Shown: in pieces, positions 1 to 9,519 of the stretch
Position numbering within the stretch: position 1 is the first letter of the stretch
How the letters are laid out: the number at the start of each line of letters is the position of its first letter
DNA from: Cyanidioschyzon merolae
Lineage: Eukaryota
Reading direction: 5' to 3' (one strand)
NCBI GenBank assembly: GCA_000091205.1
Contig: AP006500.2
Length of the DNA: 64,000 bases
The notes under the pieces: model-generated
Seen by the model: only the letters and a program-made list of their open reading frames with translations
Database searches by the model: none
Told to the model about the DNA's origin: nothing
Translations under genes and position numbers: made by a program

Positions 1-266
1 CATCGAGCGCGCAAGTCGGAGCAGCGGAAGCACGCCCTCTGAGGCAGCATCTACGGACACTAGGCGCGTATCCGGGAGCCTCTGGCTCCATTCATCGACC
101 AGTGACCAGAAAAGAAACCCCCTTGCGATCTTTGGAACACCAAGAGTTCCACGCCTGACGCCCGAAACCGTTGGTGCGTTGCTTAAAGAGAATTTCTTCT
201 GCTTTTGGCGAGCTGTCCAAACGCCAAAACGCAGCCATTCGAACATAGGAAACACTAGAGCATCCG

Positions 267-2015
267 TCAATTCCAGCCGCGAAGCCACCGGCGTTTCTGC
301 TGTTCCTCGATGGTCAGGTAGAGGCCGTAGATCCATGGTGAGAAGTAGATAAACGCCGCAGCGGCAAGCAACACACCAATCGTTACAAGTTGATAGTGCC
401 CCGTTCTCGCAAGGGGTGCGCGATCCACAAGCAAAGCAGTAAGCAGTATACCGTACAGGAGACCTGGCAAATAATGGTACAGGAATGCAGCTCTTTTGAC
501 ACCGATGTAGGGAAGAAGATTCAGGAGCCATCCGGTAAACAAATATGTGCCTAGAGCGTACAGCTTCTGCTGTGAGCGGCGTTGCTTCTTCGGGAGCTCC
601 GCAGTCTGCAGTCGCCGCGGCGCTCGATCCCCGAAGCCACCGAGTCCAGCGATGAAATTTTGGGCGAGAAGAAATCCGAAAAAGAGCAACGAGCAGAGGA
701 CACTCCAGGCAATTACAGGATTCAGAATTAGGTAAACCCGAGCCTCGATAACGGGGTATTGGCTCCGAGGGGTAACCCCAGTCCCGTGCTGATTTGCTTC
801 GGCAGGTGCGCTTCGAGTCGTCTTCGGATTCTCCGCCCATGGCGCTCGTTTGGTCTGAATCCAGTACAGAATTCCTCGTAGGTTCAGTGGCCAGGACCAC
901 CACTTGCTTTCCCAGTGGTGCCGTCCAGGCACTTGTGCGTTCGCGCGCAACATCTCCTTATTCAGATAAACGAATTTGCGAAAGAATGGAACCGGCGCGG
1001 CTGCAGCATTGTACTCGGGTGAGCCGATGAGTTTCGCTCGAAAATCAGGTAGCATGAAGGCATCCCCGGAGCCACTCCGCGGAAGCAATCGGAAGTGTAT
1101 CCAAAAAAATGATGTGTATAACGCTAGCGCAAGCAGTCCGACGAAAACACATTGCCACAGGGGAATCCGTTTCTGCGACCGCAGCAGGGCTCGGCTCCCA
1201 AAGACGGACACCACACCGGCTAGCGCAGGCGTCGCTAGCGCCGTCCACTTGATGGACAAGGCCAGGCCAGCGGAGATGCCACTCCAGTAGAGCCATCTCC
1301 ATCGGGCTCGAGTGCCATCGCGAGTCCGCCACAGGCGAAGCACACAGTAGAAATGTAAAAGCAAGAAGAATAGTAACTGTGAGTCTGTTAATATGTGACG
1401 CGACTCGATTGTCGTTGCAACTTCCAAGAGTACCCAGGCAGCGGCAAGCACACTAGCCGCTACGTGCAACGAGAGCTCCCGAGCAACCAGGTACATCAGC
1501 GGTACCAAAAGCGTGCCGAAGACTGCCGCTACAGTGCGCGCACCCACGTATGACTTATCGGGATATTCTGCTCCAATTTGATCGTAGCTGAAACTCGCAT
1601 TGTATCCATGAAGATACGCACCTAGGGCGAGTAGGAGCTTCCCGAGTGGCGGGTGGATATCGAAGAAGTACTCGCCCGTGAAGTATGCTTCCACAAACTT
1701 GCCAAAGTGAAACTCATCGAATACAACTGCCTTTGGCTCCGACAATCGCCAAAAGCGTGTCAACGCTGCAAAGATGGTTAGCAACACCAGTACGACCCCA
1801 TCGAGAAGAGCGGCGTACGGCTCGGCGTTCGAGCGCAGTGAGCTGTCGCCTTCCACTAGGGAGGCGCCTCTGCTTCCTGACGCCGTCTCTGTCGTTCGAT
1901 TCAAAGGCGGTCTCATGGCTATGTGTTTTCCTCGAGCTTTCGAGAGGTCCGGAGTTCCCTGTGCTCCGGAGCGACTGTTTTTCGGGAGTTGCTGGGCGCT
2001 CTCGTGGCGGTGCAT
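267..2015 (-). CDS. GT39-family dolichyl-phosphate-mannose protein O-mannosyltransferase-like multi-pass membrane protein. Start is uncertain: in-frame ATGs end at 2015 and 1916, and the track start at 2138 is GTG.
   Basis: The PMT N-terminal signature 'FDEFHFGKFVEAYFTGEYFFDIHPPLGKLLLALG' is present. The post-TM7 motif 'FWIHFRLLPRSGSGDAFM' matches the PMT consensus 'FQVHFAILxxSGPGDAFMSS'. The loop-5/TM8 region 'HHWESKWWSWPLNL' and 'FLYHYLPGLLYGILL' also fit PMT. The protein is multi-hydrophobic. No MIR domain is visible in loop 5. Confidence 0.55.
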   Translation of the reverse strand: MHRHESAQQLPKNSRSGAQGTPDLSKARGKHIAMRPPLNRTTETASGSRGASLVEGDSSLRSNAEPYAALLDGVVLVLLTIFAALTRFWRLSEPKAVVFDEFHFGKFVEAYFTGEYFFDIHPPLGKLLLALGAYLHGYNASFSYDQIGAEYPDKSYVGARTVAAVFGTLLVPLMYLVARELSLHVAASVLAAAWVLLEVATTIESRHILTDSQLLFFLLLHFYCVLRLWRTRDGTRARWRWLYWSGISAGLALSIKWTALATPALAGVVSVFGSRALLRSQKRIPLWQCVFVGLLALALYTSFFWIHFRLLPRSGSGDAFMLPDFRAKLIGSPEYNAAAAPVPFFRKFVYLNKEMLRANAQVPGRHHWESKWWSWPLNLRGILYWIQTKRAPWAENPKTTRSAPAEANQHGTGVTPRSQYPVIEARVYLILNPVIAWSVLCSLLFFGFLLAQNFIAGLGGFGDRAPRRLQTAELPKKQRRSQQKLYALGTYLFTGWLLNLLPYIGVKRAAFLYHYLPGLLYGILLTALLVDRAPLARTGHYQLVTIGVLLAAAAFIYFSPWIYGLYLTIEEQQKRRWLRGWN

Positions 2016-2368
2016 CTGCAGTACTTGCCCAGAGGTCAGCACACGCCGAGTCTGTGAACACGCTGTGGATCGTGCAGCACGCGTGAAAGAGTGATCAAAT
2101 CCGGCCCAAAGCAGCAGTGGTGAGCGCTGCGAAGCCACGCGACACCCACAAGGGAGCGGCGCTATAGAAAGTTGCGTTTACGGACGTTCGCGCCTTTACA
2201 AATTCGCGGGCAGTACGCAGGCACGAGTCGTGGCGGGAGCGTTTTGCGGCCTGCCTCGAAGGGCGTTTCCCTAACGACTGCATGCTTGCCGTCGACGACG
2301 CTACCGTGGATGCCATAGCGGGCAACGCTGAGCTCTTCATGCATCCACAGTGTACTGGACGACATAGA

Positions 2369-2396
2369 CACACACACACACACACAGAGAGAGAGA
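2369..2396. repeat. Compound (CA)9(GA)6 microsatellite
   Basis: Read directly. Confidence 0.95.
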
Positions 2397-3051
2397 AGCA
2401 CACAGACGCACCGCCAAGGCGCTACGGCCTCATGCATATTCGCGGCTTCCATAGAGGCACGAATGTTCGTGCATCGGGGGCTTCACGTACCGTGAACGCC
2501 CCACAGGCGACAGATGCAAACAGAGGCACACAGTGCAGCGTTCCTGCAGACAGGATCGCTCGAGCCAGCTTAGGTGCTGTAAACGTCCGCCTCTACGAGG
2601 CGACGCACACGACATCCCATGTCGTTGTGGGCGTATGCTGACGCAGGGGTGCAGTTTAGCGCGTCCGGCATGGGCGGCTTTTCGAAATGATTCTTCAGCG
2701 CACGAACACCAACACATACGCGTGTAAACGTGATGGAGTCCGTCTGACTGGCTTTCACGGGCGTCGACCGCAGCGATATGGGCATACCTGCTAGCAGATT
2801 TTCCCCTGCATCGTTCGATGATGAATGTACCACATGTTCACAATTCTCGGTGTGGCCAGCGTACGCCCTAACTGGATCATGGAACTTTTCCTGTTCGACT
2901 GGTGCTCCGCAATTACCTGCATATTTCTCTATGGACATCAATCCGGCTGTGTTGTAGGCACCTTACATGGCGAAGCGCCTTTCTCGCCCCAGTCGCCGCC
3001 CAAGATGGGAAAAGCGATGTCGGTAGTCGCCGACAGCGATACGAACTTTCA

Positions 3052-3053
<2 letters not shown>

Positions 3054-3083
<30 letters not shown>
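3054..3083. repeat. (GCT)10 microsatellite
   Basis: Read directly. Confidence 0.95.
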
Positions 3084-3233
3084 ACACCCGCGCACTGGGA
3101 ACGCGAGTCACAGCGTACCCGACAACGCAGTCACTCTGTTCGTATCCGGGGCCATTCAAACTAACGCTTCGTAGGTTTTTGCGGAGTTGGCGAAACACTG
3201 CAAAGACTTTCTCCAACTGCAGTACCCGCGTGA

Positions 3234-4043
3234 ATGACGAACGCGTTCTCGGAGGAGTTGGCACTGGAAGCTGCTGGCCTAGACGCAATCTTCGGAAAAG
3301 ACTTCAAGGCTGAGGAGACCACGACAGGACACGTTCGTTGGAGTGTACCCCTCTCACACAACGGCGTGGAACTGGAGCTGGCGTTTCTTTTAGACAGTGC
3401 ATATCCACTTGACAGCGAACCTCAAGTGCGCGTGACTTGTAAGGAAGGCCTTTCACTGCGTGCAGTACGGGAGCTCGAAGGGCACCTTCAAAAGGTAGCC
3501 GCGGAGAATCGTGGTTCTCCCAGCGCTTATCTGCTGTACACAGCTGCGCAAGACTGGATCGATACGCACGATCGACGAGAGGCTGCCGAAGCTATCAGCG
3601 CTACGATTGCGTCCACGAGGCTTTCTGCTCGCGAGCCGGACTCGGCGGGCACCGGAACTACTTTCGAGACCAAAGCCGAGAGCTTTACCCAACTCGTCGA
3701 GCACGAGACGCTCGAACATGCCACCATAGACCGAACGCTGGGCACGCCGGTCACACCGGAGACTTTTGCCGCTTGGAAACAGGAATTCGACAAGTATCTA
3801 CTGGAAAACGGTATCCTCGATATCGCAAATAACGCAGATATCGAATTAGACGCCTCCCAAGGCGGCTGGAAAGGCAATTCGCGGCGGAAACCTACTGGTC
3901 GTGAGCTCTTCACCATGCACAGGGAAATGTTCGTCGATGATTTCGAGGAAAGTGATCAATGCGAAAGCACGGCGTCTGGAGCATGCGACACTCAAGGCAG
4001 TGAACTAGCAGAGCATGTGGACGCCTCACTGTTTCTCTCGTGA
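3234..4043 (+). CDS. RWDD1: RWD domain-containing protein 1 (DFRP2/Gir2-like DRG-binding protein)
   Basis: The ATG at 3234 was verified in the sequence. There is an N-terminal RWD-like fold. The C-terminal 'LGTPVTPETFAAWKQEFDKYLLE' and 'PTGRELF' align with human RWDD1 'HGTPVTIENFLNWKAKFDAELLE' and 'LSGKQLFE'. The tail is acidic. Confidence 0.75.
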   Translation: MTNAFSEELALEAAGLDAIFGKDFKAEETTTGHVRWSVPLSHNGVELELAFLLDSAYPLDSEPQVRVTCKEGLSLRAVRELEGHLQKVAAENRGSPSAYLLYTAAQDWIDTHDRREAAEAISATIASTRLSAREPDSAGTGTTFETKAESFTQLVEHETLEHATIDRTLGTPVTPETFAAWKQEFDKYLLENGILDIANNADIELDASQGGWKGNSRRKPTGRELFTMHREMFVDDFEESDQCESTASGACDTQGSELAEHVDASLFLS

Positions 4044-6473
4044 TCTGTTCCAGTCTCTGGAGAGCGTGAACACGGCACCAGAAGCCACAGATACATCGCA
4101 ATCCCAAGCTGTGTCTGTCTGTGTACGCAGAACATGACCCTTGGGTTCCCGACTCCGCGGGCGCACACGATGCCAGCCAGCAACCTCAAGTGCGGCTCGC
4201 AGCGTGACCGAGATCAGCACGCTCAGGATGACGTATGGTAAACTCATCTGGCGTGAAGATTACTGCCTACTGGGCCCCGAATCATTTGGAACAGGCAACT
4301 GATCTTGTGTTTCTAGTCGTGAAGGCGAGACGCTTCGTCGAATGCTCACGAGCGCTGATGTGGCGGCTCATTGGACGTGTGACGCAGTCTACGCAGCGGC
4401 TTGTCTTTATGGTCCATGAAAACATGCCGTTGTGGTCATGCGAATGGATGCAAAGCAATGCATGACGGCCGCACGGGTTCCGACACAAGTCCCGCATCGA
4501 AGAAAACCGGTTCTCAAGCGATGATCGCGGGCGCGGCACTATGAACCATGTCTGCGAATAGCGCGTTAGGGGGCTCCCCATGTATGGAATGGTGTGAGCG
4601 TGGCCTTCATGCGCCATGCAGAGCATGACGTCGTGAGAGGCGCAGCGGAAACAAGGTAAGCACGCGCGTTTGAAGACCCAAGGTCTCCTGCATTTGTAGA
4701 AATGGCTTGTAAATAAGGCGCTTTCTCGAAAGGTGATGTGCGAATGATTGTCCTGTGGAGTGTGATGGACCGGTGCGCTTGCGCTCTTTCAGGGCGCAAC
4801 CTGCCACCGTGGTGCTCGGCGATATCGGATGCGGTGCCCGGATATCTGTCCTGCTGTTTAGGGCGTCGTCGGAGCCGAGAGCACGGTAACGAGAAGTCAC
4901 GCCCACATGGAGTCTCGATCCAGGGGTATGCGTTTGCGTATAGTGACATTCGTGGCAAACTGAAACGGAGCGGATCGCACCCAGCGATTTTGGGCGTAAA
5001 CGCTTCACCCTGGGTCTTTTGCTACGTATATCAATACAGCCCTTTGCGAGATTTTTCTCTAACTGCATGGTTTCCTTCTCTCCTATCTCCGGTTGGAAGC
5101 TCGGCAGTCTATCGTTTCCCCTTGAGCGCTGTTTTCAATAGTCGAAATATGAAGCGTTCGGGCGCAGGTTTCACCGCTTCTGGCCGTCGTCGACGCCTTT
5201 GATGCGAAGATGGAAGTTGGGATCTACGCGCTGCTTACAATGTTCGTCTTCTTTGTATCCAGCTTGGTTGCGCAATTTCCAGCGGTGAAGCTTGAATATG
5301 GTTAGGTGTCACCGAATACCCATTACACCTCCGCTTCCGTGCGATGTTCTTTGGTGCATGGACGCATGTTTCAGTGCTCGTTGCATGTCTCCGACGCATG
5401 CAGAAAGCTGCTTTCGATGTCGTCCTCCGTTTCCGTGCTCGATGCCATAACCTACAATTACGGGCTTCTTCTGGGCGATCCCCTCGGCAAGTACGCTGCA
5501 CACTGCATGCGCAAGTGGAAGCAGTTCTATTCGAATGAGGGTTTCTCGTATGTGATGTAACCCATGGTGATAAAATTACCGGACGAAACATTCGCGCTAA
5601 GGAATAACTCGAGAAATTTCGATCCTTCTACACTTCATTCGCGCAAAGCGGTGACGGACGCTCCAATGGAAGCGATGGCTGCAATGACACATATCCGACT
5701 CCAGCGCCCTTTCCCGAGCGAGCAGAACAGACAGAGGTTTCCGGGCGCATATCGCATGAGAGATATCAAGCCATTGCCGAATGCCGTCTTGTCGAAGGCC
5801 ATGAACAGACGGCGATTCGCCTTTCCTAAGGACTCGATTACTTTTGGTGAGCAGTTCTGCGAACCGGCGGTATGAGCGTGTGAACAAGTCGTCAACGCAG
5901 GTCTTCGAAGTTTTCCTCTTCAATCTGAGTATGCGAATTCCTTTGGCCGCGAGTTGCCTTGAAACAGCGAGATCAAAAACCTGAAGCATGCGCGACTTGA
6001 GCATGCTGCATTTGAAGGAAGGATGACGCGGAATTCTGAACATAAGCATTCGATACTGATATCGCTTCGTTCATGAAATCTAGACAGAGAGCGTCGCGCA
6101 TATGATCTTGATCCCAGTCATGTGACGGATTCCAAGAGCAACGCGTGGAAGAGACTATTCCGAAAAGGCGACCGAGAAATTTGAACCTACGTACGAACTG
6201 AACAGCCTTATCGCTACGCGTCGGTAGCCGGTGCTCTAAATCAAAACGCGGTCGGGAAACTAGTCGAAACGTAGGCACCGGGCGACCGGTTCACTGTTCC
6301 GTTTTTATCTGACACGGGAATAGGAGAGGAAAGCGGCAAAATCGAGTCTTTCCTAGATATACGCAGCTCAATCGTACGCAGTTGGCTCTGTTGGCAACGC
6401 ACTAGCGTCCAAAGCGATTGCAGTCGACTGCATCGCCTCGATAAGGCGAAATACGCACTACCAAATGTCATCT

Positions 6474-7040
6474 TTAGACAACAGGCAGTCTTTTAGTTTT
6501 TATGATCTCAATATGGATGGCGCTCTGAAGGCGCGTCTGCTGAATCCATGGCAAGTTCTGACGCCGGGGCTCGTACTCGTCCAGGAGAGGGACCGAGCTC
6601 GTCTGGACGCTATAAGTGAGCCAAGTGCCGTAGCGTTCTACGAGCACCAAGCAAGCCCGAATAGCTCGTTCCATCGCCCTTCCCGTCGCGTGGAGCGTGA
6701 AGGTATTATACTGTTTATCAAAAAGTACCCGTCTTGCTCGTTCGAGCACGCCCACGAAGCGACAAGAGCCACTGAGAAAAATTTCGTTCTGCTGGCTTCT
6801 CCGACGCCCAACCGGAGGCGAGCGGAAGCGGTACAGCTCAGGGTCTCGTAGTTGACTCTTGGATACGTCGCAGCGGACGTCGTTGGGATCCTTGTGCTCA
6901 GCGCGAGAGCGTGCGTTGCTGAACGCGAGCACCAGTGGCCGTACCTCGTCGGTGCAGCTCACGCTGGACTGTCGCAGGTGTTTCGCTGATTTTCCGCTGC
7001 CCTCAGCGCCCTGCGACTTGCGTTTTTTGCCCGGGGACAT
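6474..7040 (-). CDS. POP7: RNase P/MRP protein subunit POP7/Rpp20-like (Alba fold)
   Basis: The first ATG is at 7040 (track start 7070 is GTG). 'NEIFLSGSCRFVGVLERARRVL...TFTLHATGRAMERAIRACLVLVERYG...SVPLLDEYEP...QSAIHIEIIK' is collinear with human POP7 'NDIYVNMKTDFKAQLARCQKLL...EIYIHGLGLAINRAINIALQLQ...STVELVDELEP...NNSAIHIRVFR'. Confidence 0.6.
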   Translation of the reverse strand: MSPGKKRKSQGAEGSGKSAKHLRQSSVSCTDEVRPLVLAFSNARSRAEHKDPNDVRCDVSKSQLRDPELYRFRSPPVGRRRSQQNEIFLSGSCRFVGVLERARRVLFDKQYNTFTLHATGRAMERAIRACLVLVERYGTWLTYSVQTSSVPLLDEYEPRRQNLPWIQQTRLQSAIHIEIIKTKRLPVV

Positions 7041-8436
7041 ACCGCATGGAGCTGCAGTCGAAGAACGCACGCGATCCCCTGCTTGGCCTTACGATGGTTG
7101 GTCGAAAGCACACGCGAGCGCTCTGCGTTGCACGTCGGCTCTCGACTCGCACCTGATATCGATACGGCGTACTTGCTCATTGCGGAACTGCGTCTGTAGA
7201 GCCGAGGTACGGACAGTGTCTCTTGTTCAGTGATGTATGATATGTACTATATGGTTTGATTCTGTACAATTAGATTATATATTGAGACAGCACCTGTGTC
7301 GGCGGCGCAGTATGTCCAAGAAGCTCAATGTTTCTTCGATCCACCTGGCACCAGTGCATGTTCTGATGCGGGCAGCTAGTCGGGGGCGGCAAATTATCAC
7401 GAGCGTTTGCCTCCAGATAGAGGCCAGCTCGCCTTCGAATCCGCTTTGGTGCAAACAACTAATTCGGGATATGGTGAAAGCGTAACCATCTGGAATATAC
7501 AAGTACTTGAATGGCAACGCTTGGATCTTGCACCTCCTGTGTAATTCCTGGAACGAAGCGAACGCACTATAGCTCTTGCGACTGGAATGAAGACGGCGTT
7601 TGCTTTTCCGCAAGCAGCATATTGGAAACGGAAACACTCCCGATTCCAAGTTTCCCTCAATGGCAAGAGATATGTTCACTATCTCTCCTCGGGAGCTGTA
7701 GGCACGCATGAATGAACCGAGCGCACTGTTGGAATGCGACAAGCGGGAACGGCACATGTTTTTTGTAAATTCCAAAACAGATCTTATCTCACGAGGACGA
7801 ATTTCAGGAAATATCCTCATACATCTGAATTTGTGCACGCAACCTGACGCGGATATACTGTTTGCGCACATAGATACCCTCCTTGTCTGGATCAATGCCG
7901 GCATACTTGAACGAAAGTACTGCGTGCACGCAAGGACATTCTCCGTGCCACATACGGTCAGTGACACAAAAACTGTCCGACGACCATGAAGAGTAAATAT
8001 GTCGACTTACGCACAGACGCCTCCCAGCCTTGTCTGGCCGGCCCCTGGCATCGGTTTCAGTTCCTCTCTGCACACTTCGAGCCCGAGGGCATGCTGTACA
8101 AAGTTTGCATCGCTCAGCCTTTAGAGTGCCCTTTGCAGCACAGCACATTTCCTGATACGGGTACCGGCGTTGAAGTCTCTGTTCAGACACCCCTTGCGTT
8201 TGTTACCACTCGTCAGAATCCCCAATGCAGGGATTCCTCGAACTTGTGCCCGCAGTTCCATGACAGCATCGTGGTCGTCTCATCGGACAAGCACGCTTTC
8301 TTCTTCCTTTTCGTCACTTGCGCTTCTTCACTCGATAGTCTGCGAGCAGCGTATTTGTCTCGTTTCTGCCCAACAAGGCAATGAGTGCCAGCCAGAATCC
8401 CCGACTCGCCTGTCCATACCTTTCCCTTAGATATTT

Positions 8437-9320
8437 TACTCCTTCCAACGAACGTACTTTGCGCATATATGGTATCCAACGCGAAAGAAGCATAGGATAA
8501 CACATATCCATAGCCGGTACACAATTGAAGTGATATGCTGGAAAACGCGAAAAAGCATAGGATAACACATATCCATAGCCGGTACACAATTGAAGTGATA
8601 TGCTGGAAAACGCGAAAAAGCATAGGATAATACATATCCATAGCCGGAACACAATTGAAGTGATACACTGGAAAACGCGAAAAAGCATAGGATAACACAG
8701 ACTCGTAGCCGGAACACAATTGAAGTGATACACTGGAAAACGCGAAAAAGCATAGGATAACGCATATCCATAGCCGGAACACAATTGAAGTGATATGCTG
8801 GAAAACGCGAAAAAGCAGATGATAACACACACTCATAGCCGGTACACAATTGAAGTGATATGCTGGAAAACGCGAAAAGCATAGGATAACACACACTCAT
8901 AGCCGGTACACAATTGAAGTGATATGCTGGAAAACGCGAAAAAGCATAGGATAACACACACTCATAGCCGGTACACAATTGAAGTGATATGCTGGAAAAC
9001 GCGAAAAAGCAGATGATAACACACACTCATAGCCGGTACACAATTGAAGTGATATGCTGGAAAACGCGAAAAAGCATAGGATAACACACACTCATAGCCG
9101 GTACACAATTGAAGTGATATGCTGGAAAACGCGAAAAAGCATAGGATAATACATATCCATAGCCGGAACACAATTGAAGTGATACACTGGAAAACGCGAA
9201 AAAGCATAGGATAACACACACTCATAGCCGGTACACAATTGAAGTGATACACTGGAAAACGCGAAAAAGCATAGGATAATACATATCCATAGCCGGAACA
9301 CAATTGAAGTGATACACTGG
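8437..9320. repeat. 65-bp minisatellite of about 13-14 tandem units. The consensus is 'cataggataacacatatccatagccggtacacaattgaagtgatatgctggaaaacgcgaaaaag', with unit variants such as acacacactcatagcc, atacatatccatagccggaacac and gcagatgataacacac.
   Basis: The periodicity was read directly, for example 8506/8571/8636. It produces the stack of overlapping minus-strand ORFs in the ORF track (8213..9456). Confidence 0.9.
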
Positions 9321-9324
9321 AAAA

Positions 9325-9519
9325 CGCGCGCCACCGCCGTCGACGCCGGCGCGCTTCCGCTGGAGCACTGCGCGTCCGCCGGCTCCTGCACCCGGTGCCG
9401 TGCCCGGGTGTGGACTTGTCGTTTGGGGAGTTGTTGCACGGCGGGTGGGTCGCCACTCCAGCTACGGTTGCGTTTGAACTGTGCTACTTTCTATCTTCAG
9501 ACTGGGCACGTTCATCGCG
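9325..9519 (+). promoter_or_regulatory. Very GC-rich (CpG-island-like) block between the minisatellite and the RPB1 ATG. It is a putative RPB1 core promoter/5' leader.
   Basis: The run 'gcgcgccaccgccgtcgacgccggcgcgcttccgctgg...' is GC-rich (well above flank) and lies immediately 5' of the ATG at 9520. Confidence 0.3.

Noticed and set aside
8213-9456. Stack of five overlapping 64-227-aa minus-strand ORFs with near-identical translations (…FAFSSISLQLCTGYGYVLSYAFSRFPAYHFNCVPAM…)
   Set aside because: They are an artefact of an open reading frame running through the 65-bp minisatellite. The protein 'repeats' exactly mirror the DNA period, and the composition is not protein-like.
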